The notes: generated by a model not told the origin, from the letters alone. Positions 19,113 through 30,803 are shown, counted from the first letter of the stretch. The stretch is 64,000 nt of DNA from Cyanobacteriota bacterium (GCA_046340755.1 JBKDSY010000065.1:3633-67632), one strand, 5' to 3'. Numbers and translations: made by a program.

Positions 19113-19519
19113 AGGGGCCCCGGGGCGGCGGAACGGACGACCTCCCGGGCCCGTTCCGCCAGGAGCTGACCGTGCTGCGGGAGGCCGGGGTGACCCCCTG
19201 GTCGCGGGTGGCCGACCTGACGGAGGAGCAGCTGCGCACCCTGGCCAGGCCCGGAAAAGCCAGCGAGGCTCGCCTGCTGCGGCTCCGGGCCCAGGCCCGG
19301 CTGATGGCCGCCGCGGGGCTGGCGGCCGCGGAAGCCTCCCTGTTGATGCATGCGGGGATTGCGGAGGCCGCCGCCTTGGCGGCGGCCGATCCCCAGGGGT
19401 TGCTGGTGCGGGTGAACCGTCTCTGCAGACGGTTGCTCGGCACCGACGCGCCCCCCGTCAGCCTGGCCACCGTGCGGCGGTGGATCCAGGCGGCGGCCGC
19501 GAGTCGCTCCGGGAACTGA
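19109..19519 (+). CDS. DUF4332-like protein
   Basis: ASEARLLRLRAQARL, ASLLMHAGI, ATVRRWI; overlaps the ycf51 stop. Confidence 0.7.
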   Translation: MKGPRGGGTDDLPGPFRQELTVLREAGVTPWSRVADLTEEQLRTLARPGKASEARLLRLRAQARLMAAAGLAAAEASLLMHAGIAEAAALAAADPQGLLVRVNRLCRRLLGTDAPPVSLATVRRWIQAAAASRSGN

Positions 19520-19538
19520 CCCTTGCCGGGCTCCCGCC

Positions 19539-19892
19539 ATGGCCCGGCGTGGATGGAATGGAGTTTCCCCCTGGGGGACATCGATGCTCTCCCGAATGAC
19601 CCATCCCTGGCGCCCGAGGCGTCCCCTGTTGTCCCTCGCTGGCGGCCTTTCCATGGCGGTGTTGCTGGCCTCTCCCCTGGAGGCCGCTTCCGCCCTACTG
19701 GAAACGGTCAAGCAGAACCCCGCTCTGGCCAAGAGCCTCTGCGCCCAGTTCAAACAACTCAACGCCTCCGGCCGTTCCGCCACGGCCCCCGAATCGATCG
19801 CCATCGTGGCCAGCAGCCAGGGCCTCAGCCAGGTGGATGCCGAAGTGCTCACCACCTACGTGATCGGCCTCCACTGCCCGGATGTGCGCTGA
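19539..19892 (+). CDS. Conserved picocyanobacterial hypothetical secreted protein
   Basis: Signal-like segment, AKSLCAQF, DAEVLTTYVIGLHCPDVR; abuts the next gene. Confidence 0.6.
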   Translation: MARRGWNGVSPWGTSMLSRMTHPWRPRRPLLSLAGGLSMAVLLASPLEAASALLETVKQNPALAKSLCAQFKQLNASGRSATAPESIAIVASSQGLSQVDAEVLTTYVIGLHCPDVR

Positions 19893-21566
19893 GTGAGCCG
19901 GCCGCGGCAGGGCTGGATGACCTGTGCCGACGGCGTGCGTCTGGCCAGTCGGCTGTGGAGCCCCGAGGGCTCCGGCCCCTGGCCTGCCCTGCTGATGCGC
20001 CAACCCTACGGATCGGCCCTGGCCTCCACCGTCACCTACGCCCACCCCCAGTGGTACGCCGACCAGGGCTTTCTTGTGGTGGTGCAGGACGTGCGCGGCC
20101 GGGGGGAGTCGGAGGGAACGTTCCGGGGGTTTGGGCAGGAGGCGGCTGACGGGGCGGAGGCGGTGCGTTGGGTGCGGGGCCTGCCCGGCTGCAATGGCCG
20201 CCTGGGCACTTACGGGTTCTCATACCAGGGCCTGACCCAGCTTCTCAACGCCGGCGCCGGCGGCACCACCGGCCCCGACCCCATCCCCGATTGCCTGGCC
20301 CCGGCCATGTGCGGCGTCGACGAGCGGCTGGACTGGGCCAGCGAGGGGGGCGCCCACTGGTGGGCCCTGGGGCTGGGCTGGGCCCTGCAACTGGCCGCCC
20401 AGGGGGCCCGGCGACGGGACGACCTCCAGGGCTGGCGCACGCTGCGCCACAGCCTGGAGAGCGGCGCCTTTCTGGAGGAGGGCCTGGCCCTGCTGGAGCG
20501 CCATGACCCGGAGGGGATGGGGTTGGCCTGGCTGCGGGCCGATCCCCTAAACGCCGAGGCTTGGCGCGTGCACCAGCCCCCCGCCGCCCTGCTCCGGCGG
20601 CCCATGCTCCTGATCGGCGGCTGGCACGATCCCCACCTGCGCGGCGTGCTCCAGTTGTGGCAAGCGGCCCGGGCCGCCGGGGGGCAGCCGGCGCTGCAGG
20701 TGGGGGCCTGGTCACACCTGAATTGGGATGGGGGGATGGACGCCGAGCAGGTGGCCTTTTTTCGTCGCCACCTCGGCGGGAGCCCCGACCGGGGGGAACC
20801 CGGGCCCGCCACACGCCCCATCGCGCCAGGGGCCCTCTGGCTGCAGGATGCCACCACCGGCGACTGGTTCCCCTTCAACCCGGCAGCCCCGCACCCCGAG
20901 CCGACCTGGGGGCTGGCAAGCGATGGCCGGGCGGCGATCCGCCGCGACGGGGGGCAACTGATCCCCGGGGCGCCACCGCCCGTTGGCGATGGCGCCTCCA
21001 GCCGTTCCGTGGTGCTGGTGCACGACCCTTGGCGCCCCGTGCCGGGGCGGGGGGGCCACCTGGGGGGCGAGGCCCGGCTGGTGGAGCGCAACGATCTGGA
21101 TGGCCGTGGCGACGTGGCCTGCTTCACCACCGCCCCCTTGGCCGCCCCCCTGCGTCTGCTGGGACGGCCGATCCTGCGGCTGCGGGTAGAGGCCGATCAG
21201 CCGGGATTTGACCTCTGCGCCGCCCTGGCGGTGGTGAGCGCCGATGGGGCCACGGCGCGCCAGCTCTGCACGGGGGTCGCCCGGGTGGTGGGCGATGGGG
21301 CCCTGGTCCCCCTGGAGCGGCGGGTGGAGCTGCAGCCCCTGGCCGCAACCCTGGGGGCCGGGGAGCGGTTGCGCCTCTCCCTTGCTGCGGCGGCCTGGCC
21401 CCAGGTGGCCGTCAATGCCGGAGACGGGCGCCAGCCCCAGGGTGGCCCCTCGGCCAGGCATCGCCTGATCACCCTCACCCTGCTGCTGGCGGGGGCCACC
21501 CTGGCGATCCATCCCCTGGTTTCGCCGGGTGGCGATGGCGCGGCTTCAGGGGGTGCAGCAAACTGA
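19893..21566 (+). CDS. CocE/NonD-family alpha/beta hydrolase (S15)
   Basis: LLMRQPYG, VVQDVRGRGESEG, GTYGFSYQG, IGGWHD. Confidence 0.85.
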   Translation: MSRPRQGWMTCADGVRLASRLWSPEGSGPWPALLMRQPYGSALASTVTYAHPQWYADQGFLVVVQDVRGRGESEGTFRGFGQEAADGAEAVRWVRGLPGCNGRLGTYGFSYQGLTQLLNAGAGGTTGPDPIPDCLAPAMCGVDERLDWASEGGAHWWALGLGWALQLAAQGARRRDDLQGWRTLRHSLESGAFLEEGLALLERHDPEGMGLAWLRADPLNAEAWRVHQPPAALLRRPMLLIGGWHDPHLRGVLQLWQAARAAGGQPALQVGAWSHLNWDGGMDAEQVAFFRRHLGGSPDRGEPGPATRPIAPGALWLQDATTGDWFPFNPAAPHPEPTWGLASDGRAAIRRDGGQLIPGAPPPVGDGASSRSVVLVHDPWRPVPGRGGHLGGEARLVERNDLDGRGDVACFTTAPLAAPLRLLGRPILRLRVEADQPGFDLCAALAVVSADGATARQLCTGVARVVGDGALVPLERRVELQPLAATLGAGERLRLSLAAAAWPQVAVNAGDGRQPQGGPSARHRLITLTLLLAGATLAIHPLVSPGGDGAASGGAAN

Positions 21567-21574
21567 ACCCACTC

Positions 21575-22357
21575 TTGTTCCTCTGTTCCATGCGCCGTTT
21601 GCTGCTTCGCTTTGGAGTGGTGGCCCTCGCCCTGGCGGCCCAGGTCACCCCCTTGACGCAGGGGGTGACCCGGGCCCAGGGGGTGGAGCCGGCGGTGCGG
21701 GCGACCAGCGCCGCCATGGTGGAGCAGCGGGCGCGATTGGCCGCGGAGCGGGTGCTGCAGGCCCTGCGGGATGGGGATGCCCAGGCCCGCTACAACCAGT
21801 TCGCGCCCGACCTGCAACGCATGACCAGCCCCTATCTGGTGTCGATGAACATGCGCCGGCAGCCCAAGATCCTGCGGTGGCAGATCACCTCCGTGATCCC
21901 CGGGATCGATTCCAGCACCGTTGAAGCCCGCCTGCAGACCAGCACTGGCGAGCGCACGCTGTTGATGGTGATTGATGAAAACGGCCGCCTGGCGGGATAC
22001 CACATCAACATGGCCGACCTACCGGCAGAAAAGGTGGTGGCCGATTTCATGGACGCCCTGGTCGATGGTCGCTTCGTGGCTGCCTCCAGCTTCCTCTCCC
22101 CCGAGATGCAGGAGGAGATTTCAGCGGCCAGCCTGCAACGCAAATGGCAAGGTCTGCAGCGACGCACCGGCAACGTGGTGAAGGTGCGCCGCATTGCCCG
22201 CTCGGAACACACCTCAGACGTGAAGCTGTTGCTGGTGAACACCCAGTTCACGCGCACAACCGACAACTTATTTGTGATTCTTGACAACAGCAACCAAATT
22301 GTCGGTGTCGATTTCCCAACGGATCCGCAGCTGGCCTCCCCATCGGCCCAGCCCTAG
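21575..22357 (+). CDS. Secreted protein with two DUF3887-like domains
   Basis: Signal peptide; two related halves (AERVLQALRDGD...LQRMTSP; AEKVVADFMDALVDGRF...MQEEISAASLQRKW). Confidence 0.6.
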   Translation: MFLCSMRRLLLRFGVVALALAAQVTPLTQGVTRAQGVEPAVRATSAAMVEQRARLAAERVLQALRDGDAQARYNQFAPDLQRMTSPYLVSMNMRRQPKILRWQITSVIPGIDSSTVEARLQTSTGERTLLMVIDENGRLAGYHINMADLPAEKVVADFMDALVDGRFVAASSFLSPEMQEEISAASLQRKWQGLQRRTGNVVKVRRIARSEHTSDVKLLLVNTQFTRTTDNLFVILDNSNQIVGVDFPTDPQLASPSAQP

Positions 22358-22414
22358 CAGGGAACGGGCAAGGGAGCCGTAAGCTCCCGTCGAGTCCCTC
22401 GCCACCTTCAGCCC

Positions 22415-24715
22415 ATGACCCGCCTCGAGTGGATGGTCGACGATGCCAGCCGGCTGGCGGAGTGCCGTCACGACCATCCCCTGGCTGTTCTGGGCCCCCA
22501 ACCCCTGGGGGAGGGGAGGTGGGTGGTGCGGGCCTGGATGCCGGAAGCGGAAACGGTGGAGCTGTTGCGGGATGGAACCGACCCGCTCCCCGTGGGCAAC
22601 CCCCATCACCCCTGGTTGTTCGAGGCCGAACTCGAGGATGACCCTGGTAGCACCTACCGCTATCGGGTGCGGCGGGCCGGGATCGAGCACATCCAGCACG
22701 ACCCCTGGGCGTTTCGGCAGGAGTGGATGGGGGAGCTGGATCGGCACCTGTTTGCCGAGGGCAACCACCACCACATCTGGAAGTTCATGGGCGCCCATCC
22801 GGGCGAGCGTGATGGGGTGCGGGGGGTGCAGTTCTGCCTGTGGGCGCCCCATGCCCGCAGCTGTGCCGTGCTCGGCGATTTCAACGGCTGGGATGGCCGC
22901 CACCATCCGATGCAGCTGCGGCTGGGGGGGGTATGGGAGCTGTTCATCCCCGGCATCCAGCCGGGAACGATCTACAAATACGAAGTGCGGGCGCAAAACG
23001 GCCATTGCTACCAAAAGGCCGACCCCTACGGTTTTCGCCATGAGGTGCGCCCCAACCATGGCTCAGTGGTGGCCGACCTCGGCCGTTACCACTGGAACGA
23101 TGGCCATTGGATCGACCAGCGCGACAGCCGTAATGCCCTCGACCAGCCGATCGCGGTCTACGAGATGCACCTCGGGAGCTGGATCCACGCCGCGGCGGAC
23201 GCGCCCTACATCGAGCCCGACGGCACCGTGCGGCCACCGGTGCCCGCGGCAGACCTCAAACCGGGAGCCCGGCTGCTCACCTATCCCGAACTGGCGGATC
23301 GCCTGATCCCCTATGTGAAGGAGCGGGGATTCACCCACATCGAGTTGCTACCAATTTCCGAACACCCGTTTGATGGGTCCTGGGGATATCAGGTCACGGG
23401 GTGGTATGCCCCCACGAGTCGTTACGGCACGCCGGATGAATTCCGTGCGTTTGTGGATCGTTGCCACAGCGAAGGGATCGGCGTGATCCTCGACTGGGTG
23501 CCGGGCCACTTTCCAAAAGATGCCCATGGCTTGGCCTTCTTTGACGGCACCCATCTCTACGAGCATGGCGATCCACGCATTGGGGAGCACAAGGAATGGG
23601 GAACGCTGATCTTTAATTACAGCCGCAATGAGGTGCGCAATTTTCTCGTTGCCAACCTGGTGTTCTGGTTTGAGGAATATCACATTGACGGCATCCGAGT
23701 CGACGCGGTGGCCTCCATGCTCTATCGGGATTATCTGCGTCCCGAAGGTCAGTGGATTCCGAACGAACACGGGGGCCGAGAAAACACGGAGGCGGTGAGA
23801 TTTCTGCAGCAAGCCAACCACGTGCTCTTTCAACATTTTCCCGGGGCCCTCTCCATCGCCGAGGAATCCACCACCTGGCCCCTGGTCACCCAACCGACGG
23901 ACATCGGTGGCCTTGGCTTCAACCTCAAGTGGAACATGGGCTGGATGCATGACATGCTCGATTACTTCGAGCTGGATCCATGGTTCCGGCAATTCCACCA
24001 GAACAATGTCACCTTCTCCATCTGGTATGCCTTCACCGAAAACTTCATGCTGGCTCTAAGCCACGACGAAGTTGTGCATGGCAAGAGCAACCTGCTTCAT
24101 AAAATGCCTGGGGATGATTGGCAGAAATTTGCCAATACTCGAGCCCTGTTGGCCTACATGTGGACCCACCCCGGCAAGAAAACCATCTTCATGGGCATGG
24201 AGTTTGGCCAGCGGGCGGAATGGAATGTCTGGGGTGACCTACAGTGGGACCTGCTGCAACACGAGCCCCATCAAGGGCTGTTGCGCATGATTGATGATCT
24301 CAACGTTTTCTACAAGGAAGAACCAGCCCTCTGGCGAGACGACTTCAATCAATACGGCTTCCAATGGATTGACTGCAACGACAGCAGCAATTCCGTGATC
24401 AGCTTCATGCGACGCGAGAGCATCACCGGGCGCTGGCTCGTGGTGGTGGCTAACTTCACACCGCAAACCCATTCCCACTATCGAATCGGTGTGCCTTTGG
24501 AGGGCTATTACGCGGAGGTGTTCAACAGCGACAGCGGCCGTTATGGCGGCAGCAACCTGGGGAATCTCGGCGGGAAGTTCACCGATGAGTGGGCGCTGCA
24601 CAGCTACAACCAATCCCTCGATCTCTGCCTGCCCCCCTTGAGTGTGTTGATCTTCCGCCGCGATGATGTGAAAAGCCTGCAACGGGAGGAGGAGCAGCGC
24701 GCCCTGAACGCCTGA
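22415..24715 (+). CDS. glgB: 1,4-alpha-glucan branching enzyme
   Basis: [57 protein letters not shown]. Confidence 0.98.
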   Translation: MTRLEWMVDDASRLAECRHDHPLAVLGPQPLGEGRWVVRAWMPEAETVELLRDGTDPLPVGNPHHPWLFEAELEDDPGSTYRYRVRRAGIEHIQHDPWAFRQEWMGELDRHLFAEGNHHHIWKFMGAHPGERDGVRGVQFCLWAPHARSCAVLGDFNGWDGRHHPMQLRLGGVWELFIPGIQPGTIYKYEVRAQNGHCYQKADPYGFRHEVRPNHGSVVADLGRYHWNDGHWIDQRDSRNALDQPIAVYEMHLGSWIHAAADAPYIEPDGTVRPPVPAADLKPGARLLTYPELADRLIPYVKERGFTHIELLPISEHPFDGSWGYQVTGWYAPTSRYGTPDEFRAFVDRCHSEGIGVILDWVPGHFPKDAHGLAFFDGTHLYEHGDPRIGEHKEWGTLIFNYSRNEVRNFLVANLVFWFEEYHIDGIRVDAVASMLYRDYLRPEGQWIPNEHGGRENTEAVRFLQQANHVLFQHFPGALSIAEESTTWPLVTQPTDIGGLGFNLKWNMGWMHDMLDYFELDPWFRQFHQNNVTFSIWYAFTENFMLALSHDEVVHGKSNLLHKMPGDDWQKFANTRALLAYMWTHPGKKTIFMGMEFGQRAEWNVWGDLQWDLLQHEPHQGLLRMIDDLNVFYKEEPALWRDDFNQYGFQWIDCNDSSNSVISFMRRESITGRWLVVVANFTPQTHSHYRIGVPLEGYYAEVFNSDSGRYGGSNLGNLGGKFTDEWALHSYNQSLDLCLPPLSVLIFRRDDVKSLQREEEQRALNA

Positions 24716-24741
24716 ACCGCACCTGCAACGAGCCCAGGACC

Positions 24742-25449
24742 GTGGACCGCTTCCCTCGCCGCCTCCTCTGGCTCTGCCTGCTGGTGTTGGCAACCACGGC
24801 CCTGCCTTCCTCCCTGGCTCGGCTCACCTGGCTTGGCTACCCCGCCCTGTGCCTGTTGCTCCTGCATGGGCTGAGTCAACGCCCCCCCTGGAAAAGGCCC
24901 TGGAGAAAACGCCTCTACCAGGGCCTGGGACTGGCCAGCGTGGTGGCGCAAGTCGTGTGGGTGTTCAGTCCCCGCAGCCTCCTCACCACGGGGGTGCCCC
25001 TGTTGATCCTCTTCCTGGTGTTCATGGGATGGAGCCTGGCCCGCCTGCTGCATCGCCTAGCCCGGGAGTCGCCCCAGGACGGGGACCTGGTGGCGGGGGG
25101 CCTGGCGGGCTACCTGCTTCTGGGCATCAGCGGAGGCCTGTTGCTGTTGGTGATCGACAGCCTGGTGCCCGGATCGTTCCGGAACGTGGCCACGGGGGCA
25201 ACCGTGCAGCTCCCGCCCATGGGGGCCTCCGTCGCGGCCACGTTTACTTGGGACATGAATGCGCGGGTCATCCTCTATTTCGCCTTTGTCAGCCTCACCA
25301 CCGTCGGCTATGGCGACATCGCCCCGATCCAGCCCCTGGCCCAACTGGCCAGCGTGTCGCTGAGCGTGTTGGGGCCGTTCTACATCGCGGTGGTGCTAGG
25401 GGTGGTCGTGAGTCGCCTGGTCAACGCCGCCCAGGGGCCGCGGGTCTGA
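24742..25449 (+). CDS. Potassium channel family protein (KcsA-like pore with extra N-terminal helices)
   Basis: Pore helix and filter LYFAFVSLTTVGYGDIAP; no RCK domain. Confidence 0.8.
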   Translation: MDRFPRRLLWLCLLVLATTALPSSLARLTWLGYPALCLLLLHGLSQRPPWKRPWRKRLYQGLGLASVVAQVVWVFSPRSLLTTGVPLLILFLVFMGWSLARLLHRLARESPQDGDLVAGGLAGYLLLGISGGLLLLVIDSLVPGSFRNVATGATVQLPPMGASVAATFTWDMNARVILYFAFVSLTTVGYGDIAPIQPLAQLASVSLSVLGPFYIAVVLGVVVSRLVNAAQGPRV

Positions 25450-25461
25450 GGGACCACCCCC

Positions 25462-26679
25462 TCAACTGGCAGGGGAACTGCTGCCCTCCCCGGAGGGCGG
25501 TTGAAGCAGACCTTCCTCGTCAAACCGCCTCCAGATGGCCAATTTCACTTCCGCCGTGATGGCGCCGGCCCGGAGGGGATCGACGATGGAAAAAGAGAGT
25601 TTGTAGCTGTGGGAGGTGGGGCTGAAGCTCAGCAGCACGGCCCGGGGGGGAGGCACCTTCAGCACCTGGGGATTGGCCAAGGCCAGCTCCCGCAGGAGGG
25701 TGATCATCCGATCGGGCGTCCAACTGCTGGGGGCCGTCACATCAAGGGTGCAGCGGCGGGTTCGGTCGCTGCGGGTGTACGTGGTGGTGGTGGCGGTGAA
25801 AAAACTCTGGTTGGGCACCACCAACTCCGCGTTGTCACTGGCCCTCAGGAGGGTGGCGGCCCGCAAATCCAAGCGACGCACCTCACAGGCCTCGCCGTCA
25901 TGGATCAACACCTCTCCGGGCCGCACCGATCCTTCCATCAGCAGCCAGAGGCCACTGATGAAGTTGGAAAACACCTCCTTCACGCCAAATCCCAATCCCA
26001 CGGAGAGGCCCCCCGCCACCGCCCACAGGCCGGCCTTGTCGATGCCCAAGCGTTCCACGGCCCAAACCAGGCCGAGGCCGATCACCCCGTAGCGCAGCAG
26101 GGTGACCATGGCCCTGCGGCTGCCATCGCCGATGCCCAAGGAGCGCTTGGCCAACCAACCGACGGCCAGGGCTGGAAAGATGGAGCCGGAGACGACGAAG
26201 TACAACACGACCACCACCATGGTGATGGTGCCGAGCTGGATCTCGCTGCCAAACCAGGTGCCCAGGGAAAGGGAGGACAGGTCCCGCAGGGAGGCCACGG
26301 CATCAAGCAACACGAGCGAAACGGTGAGCACGAAGGCGGGGCGCAGAAACCGACTCACCAGCTTTTGATACGCCTCTGGCGGCAGCCAACGTTTAAGGAG
26401 CTGCTGCTCCACCAGCCGCAGGAGCCCAAAGGAGGCCAGGATCTGCCAGAAGAGGAGCAACAGGCCCAGACGGCGCTGCAACAGGGCGGCCACGGCCATG
26501 GCGATCAGCAGGGCCAGAAGACAGGCGAAGAGTCGGGAGAATCGCCACGGCCACCAGGCGCGACGCTGGAGCACGCCGATCAAGGCCAGGGCCAGCCCCG
26601 CCAAGAGCAACTGCTCCAGCACAAAGGGGCGGTTGAGGAACCCCAACCAACCCAGGCCTTGCAGAAACAGGTTGTTCAT
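25462..26679 (-). CDS. MscS-family mechanosensitive channel with N-terminal TM extension
   Basis: AVAGGLSVGLGFGVKEVFSNFISGLWLLMEGSVRPGE, ELVVPNQSF; start MNNLFLQG at 26679. Confidence 0.85.
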   Translation of the reverse strand: MNNLFLQGLGWLGFLNRPFVLEQLLLAGLALALIGVLQRRAWWPWRFSRLFACLLALLIAMAVAALLQRRLGLLLLFWQILASFGLLRLVEQQLLKRWLPPEAYQKLVSRFLRPAFVLTVSLVLLDAVASLRDLSSLSLGTWFGSEIQLGTITMVVVVLYFVVSGSIFPALAVGWLAKRSLGIGDGSRRAMVTLLRYGVIGLGLVWAVERLGIDKAGLWAVAGGLSVGLGFGVKEVFSNFISGLWLLMEGSVRPGEVLIHDGEACEVRRLDLRAATLLRASDNAELVVPNQSFFTATTTTYTRSDRTRRCTLDVTAPSSWTPDRMITLLRELALANPQVLKVPPPRAVLLSFSPTSHSYKLSFSIVDPLRAGAITAEVKLAIWRRFDEEGLLQPPSGEGSSSPAS

Positions 26680-27968
26680 CGGCTGTTCTCCCCCAACCGC
26701 TGAATCGCCTCCATGCCCTCCCGGGGCGTGAGCACCCCCACCATCACCTGTTGAATCAACTCCTCCAACTGGAGAGCCACCACCGAGAGATGATTGAGGG
26801 TGAAGGGCGAGCTCAGGAGGGGGGAGCCTGCCTGAAATTGATTCTGGGCCTCCGCCAGGGCAGCCAACACCCCGGAACTGGCCACGGGTGTCTCCACCGC
26901 CAGGTTCACGGGCAACACCTCCCGGCTTTCCAGCACATAACGGCGCTGCAGCAGGGGGTCCACACTGAGCCTGGCCAGGTCGGAGGCGTAGGCCCGCTGG
27001 CGAGGGCTGGAATCCAGCCCAAAGGCCCACACCTGGAGGGAATTGAAGGGACTCGGCACGCCTCCGGGGCCCCTGGGCAGGGCGCTGACCCCCAGCCGAT
27101 TCCCCATCTGCGTTTTCAGCAGATCGAGGGTGATGCTGAAACAGGGAATCCAATCCAAACGGGAGGAGATCAAGCCTTCGCTGAGTTCCTGGGGGCCGCT
27201 GGCGATGTCGACATTGCTTTGCTGGGCGATCTGACGCAGCCAGGCCAACCAGGCGGTGATTTTGGCTTCGTTCAGCGCATCGGTGGTGGCTGGACCGGAG
27301 GCGAGATTGCCGGTCAGGAGGGGCACAATGGCCTTGTCCGCGTCGCGGGTTCCAGCGGTCCACCAGATGCCGTAGGGATCGATCGACAGGCCGATGGTGC
27401 GCCCGGAGGCGGCCAGGGCCATCAAATCCTCGGTGGTGCTGGGGGGACTGGACACCCGCTGGCGGTTGAAACAGGCCAAGGTGACCAGCTCGTGGAGAGG
27501 CAAGCCCGCCAGATCGGAACCATGGCGCACCCGGGCCAGGTAGCGCGGCGCAATCTGCTCGATGGTGCGCTCCATCGACGGTGTCAGGGGAACCGGCGCA
27601 ATCAGTCCCTCCTCCAACAGGGTGTTGGCCAGGGGGGCCCGCACCAGGATCAGATCCGGCCCCAATCCCCGGGAGGTGCGCCGCCGCAGCTCCTGCTCCA
27701 CCCCATCCTCATTCACCGTGAAGAGGCTCAAGCGCACATTGGGGTGCAGGCGGCGGTATTCCTCCACCAGGGGGTTCCAGAGGCGATCCTCCAGGGCATC
27801 CCGGCGGAGCCAATCCAGGGAGGTCTGGGTCACCACCATCACATAGAGGGTCTGGCCGTTGATCCAGTCCAGGGACGAACAGCCCTGGAGGCCTGCCAGA
27901 CCAAGCAAGATCAGGGGGAGGAGCCACCGTCGCGGACGGATCCATCCGCCAGCGGTAAAACATGACAC
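26676..27968 (-). CDS. Extracellular solute-binding lipoprotein (sugar-type ABC SBP fold)
   Basis: Lipobox-like LAGLQGC, GPDLILV, LGVSALPRGPGG, PFNSLQVWAFG; the stop overlaps the MscS ATG. Confidence 0.75.
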   Translation of the reverse strand: MSCFTAGGWIRPRRWLLPLILLGLAGLQGCSSLDWINGQTLYVMVVTQTSLDWLRRDALEDRLWNPLVEEYRRLHPNVRLSLFTVNEDGVEQELRRRTSRGLGPDLILVRAPLANTLLEEGLIAPVPLTPSMERTIEQIAPRYLARVRHGSDLAGLPLHELVTLACFNRQRVSSPPSTTEDLMALAASGRTIGLSIDPYGIWWTAGTRDADKAIVPLLTGNLASGPATTDALNEAKITAWLAWLRQIAQQSNVDIASGPQELSEGLISSRLDWIPCFSITLDLLKTQMGNRLGVSALPRGPGGVPSPFNSLQVWAFGLDSSPRQRAYASDLARLSVDPLLQRRYVLESREVLPVNLAVETPVASSGVLAALAEAQNQFQAGSPLLSSPFTLNHLSVVALQLEELIQQVMVGVLTPREGMEAIQRLGENSR

Positions 27969-28199
27969 CAACTGCTGCCTGGACGGGCGATTGGCGGACT
28001 TTAGGCAACAATCCAACAAAGCACCACCCGCCCAGGAAGACCGCGGTGACCCCGGCGGTTCGAGGGATCCGCCAGACAGCGGTGGGGGTAAAGCATGAAG
28101 AAACACGTCGCGGCCGGGGTGGCGCAGGCCCCGCCTGGGGAACGCTGACGGGTGCTCGGCTAGGTTTCCGATCTCTCTTCTGGCCGTCATCCCGCTTCC

Positions 28200-29258
28200 A
28201 TGGCTGAATCGCTACCCCTCCTGCTGCGCGCCGCCCGAGGGGAGCCCGTGGAGCGGCCACCTGTCTGGATGATGCGGCAGGCCGGGCGCTACATGAAGGT
28301 GTATCGCGACCTGCGGGATCGCCATCCAGGCTTCCGGGAGCGATCGGAAAACCCCGATCTCTCCTATGAGATTTCGATGCAACCTTTCCACGCCTTCCAG
28401 CCGGATGGCGTGATCCTGTTTTCCGACATCCTCACCCCCCTGCCCGGCATGGGGATCGACTTCGACATCATCGAGAGCAAGGGGCCCATCATTGAGCCGG
28501 CCATTCGCAGCCAGGCCCAGGTAAACGCCCTGCGCCCCCTCGATCCCGAGGAGGCCCTGCCCTTTGTGGGGGAGGTGCTCGGCAGGCTGCGGCGGGATGT
28601 GGGCAATGGGGCCACCGTCCTGGGATTCGTGGGCGCCCCCTGGACCCTGGCGGCCTACGCCGTGGAGGGGAAAAGCAGCAAAACCTACGCCGTGATTAAA
28701 GCCATGGCGTTTCGCGAGCCGGAGCTGCTCCACCAGTTGCTGGGCCACCTGGCGGATTCCATCGCCACCTACGTGCGGTATCAGATCGACAGCGGTGCCC
28801 AGGTGGTGCAACTCTTTGATTCCTGGGCGGGCCAGCTCAGCCCGATCGATTACGACGTGTTCGCCGCACCCTATCAACAACGGGTGATCGACCAGGTGAA
28901 GGCCACCCATCCCGACACCCCATTGATTCTTTACATCTCCGGCAGCGCGGGCGTGCTCGAGCGCATGGCCCGCACCGGCATCGACATCATCTCCCTTGAT
29001 TGGACCGTCGACATGGCCGATGGCTGCGCCCGACTGCCAGCCCACGTGGGGGTGCAGGGGAATGTGGACCCCGGGCTGCTGTTTGGCACTCCGGAGGCCA
29101 TTCGCCATCGGATTCTCGACACGGTGCGCAAGGCCCGGGGGCGGCGTCACATTCTTAACCTGGGTCATGGCATCCTGCCGGGCACACCGGAGGAGAACGC
29201 CAAGGTGTTCTTTGAAACGGGCAAAGCCATCCCCGAGCTGCTCGGAGCGGCGGCTTGA
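28200..29258 (+). CDS. hemE: Uroporphyrinogen decarboxylase
   Basis: [38 protein letters not shown]. Confidence 0.98.
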   Translation: MAESLPLLLRAARGEPVERPPVWMMRQAGRYMKVYRDLRDRHPGFRERSENPDLSYEISMQPFHAFQPDGVILFSDILTPLPGMGIDFDIIESKGPIIEPAIRSQAQVNALRPLDPEEALPFVGEVLGRLRRDVGNGATVLGFVGAPWTLAAYAVEGKSSKTYAVIKAMAFREPELLHQLLGHLADSIATYVRYQIDSGAQVVQLFDSWAGQLSPIDYDVFAAPYQQRVIDQVKATHPDTPLILYISGSAGVLERMARTGIDIISLDWTVDMADGCARLPAHVGVQGNVDPGLLFGTPEAIRHRILDTVRKARGRRHILNLGHGILPGTPEENAKVFFETGKAIPELLGAAA

Positions 29259-30286
29259 GCGCCAGCAGCGCCGTAGGCCATGGCCCGATACGGATCCTGA
29301 TCACCGGCGCCAGCGGCTGCGTCGGCCAATACATTGCCGAAACCCTTTACCACCACAGCGAGGCCCATCTGCTATTGCTGCTGCGGGATCCCGCCAAGCT
29401 GACGGCCGTGCCCCGCACTGATCCCCGCATCACCCTTCTGGTGGGCGATCTGCGGGAGCTGGAGCCCCACGCCGAGGCCATCGCCTCCGCCCACCGGGTG
29501 ATCCACACCGCCACCGCCTGGGGGGATCCGGAGCGGGCCCAGGCCGTGAACGTGGTGGCGGTGAAACGTCTGTTGGCCCTTCTAGACCCGGAGCGCCTCG
29601 AGCAGGTGATCTATTTCTCCACCGCCAGCATTCTGAACCGGAACCTCGGGCTCTTGCCCGAAGCCCGGGCCCATGGCACGGAATACATCCAAACCAAAGC
29701 CCAGTGTCTGCAAGACCTGGAGGCCCATCCGCTGGCGTCCCGCATTGTGGCGGTCTTTCCAACCCTGGTGTTTGGCGGTCGGCTGATGGGGGCCGATCCC
29801 CACCCCACCAGCTACCTGACAGCGGGGGTGGGGGAAGCGGTGGGCTGGTTGTGGCTGGCCCGCTGGCTGCGGGCCGACGCCAGCTTCCACTTCATCCACG
29901 CCGCCGACATCGCCACGGTGTGCGCCCACCTCGCCACCACGCCCCACCAGGCCAATCCAGAGCCGGGGCAGGGCCCCGTGCGGCGGTTGGTGCTGGGCCA
30001 GGCGCCCCTTCAGGTGAACACGGCGGTGGCCATCCTCTGCCGCTGGCGGGGCCTCTGGCGGCCGCCGGTGGGGCTGGATCTACGGGGCTGGTTGATTGAG
30101 GGGCTGATCCGCCTGCTGCGGCTGGATGTGAACGAATGGGACCGGTTCTCCATCCGCCAGCGCCACTTCGTGCACGAGCCCGTCAGTCCGCCGGAGCGGT
30201 TTGGCCTGACCAGCCTGGCGCCCACCCTGGAAAAGGTGTTGGAAACCGCAGGGCTTCCCCACCGCGGACCGGTGCCGAGGGCCTGA
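29255..30286 (+). CDS. NAD-dependent epimerase/dehydratase family protein
   Basis: [24 protein letters not shown]. Confidence 0.8.
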   Translation: MSASSAVGHGPIRILITGASGCVGQYIAETLYHHSEAHLLLLLRDPAKLTAVPRTDPRITLLVGDLRELEPHAEAIASAHRVIHTATAWGDPERAQAVNVVAVKRLLALLDPERLEQVIYFSTASILNRNLGLLPEARAHGTEYIQTKAQCLQDLEAHPLASRIVAVFPTLVFGGRLMGADPHPTSYLTAGVGEAVGWLWLARWLRADASFHFIHAADIATVCAHLATTPHQANPEPGQGPVRRLVLGQAPLQVNTAVAILCRWRGLWRPPVGLDLRGWLIEGLIRLLRLDVNEWDRFSIRQRHFVHEPVSPPERFGLTSLAPTLEKVLETAGLPHRGPVPRA

Positions 30287-30378
30287 GGGGGCGATTGTTG
30301 CAGATCTGTCAGGGAGGCCTTGGAAAACCCCGACAAATCCTTAATGTGGTCCGGTTGCGTGTGCGATCTGCACCTCCC

Positions 30379-30720
30379 ATGCGTCGTCTTTTTTCCCTTC
30401 TCGCTCTCTGTCTGACCCTGGTGCTGGGTGCGGCCCCGAGCTTCGCGGCTGACGCCGCCCATGGCGCCCAGATTTTCTCCGCAAATTGCGCCGCCTGCCA
30501 CATGGGTGGCGGCAATGTGGTGAACGCCGAGCGCACGCTCAAAGCGGATGCGCTCAAGGCCTACCTGGCCAACTACTCCGATGGCCCTGAGGCCGCGGTG
30601 GCGTATCAAGTCACCAACGGCAAAAACGCCATGCCCGCCTTCGGCGGCAAGCTCAGCGATGTTGACATCGCTGATGTAGCGGCCTACGTGATCGAACAAT
30701 CCGCCAAGGGTTGGGCCTGA
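30379..30720 (+). CDS. petJ: Cytochrome c6
   Basis: Signal peptide, GAQIFSANCAACH (CxxCH), GKNAMPAFGGKL. Confidence 0.95.
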   Translation: MRRLFSLLALCLTLVLGAAPSFAADAAHGAQIFSANCAACHMGGGNVVNAERTLKADALKAYLANYSDGPEAAVAYQVTNGKNAMPAFGGKLSDVDIADVAAYVIEQSAKGWA

Positions 30721-30742
30721 TCTCTCCCCCTTGAACGAAAGG

Positions 30743-30777
30743 ATCCCCGCCGGAGGCCCCTCCGGCGGGGATTTTTT
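30743..30777 (+). terminator. Rho-independent terminator after petJ
   Basis: Stem ATCCCCGCCGGAG / CTCCGGCGGGGAT followed by a T run. Confidence 0.8.
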
Positions 30778-30803
30778 CTGTCGCCAAACCGATGCTGCCC
30801 TGG

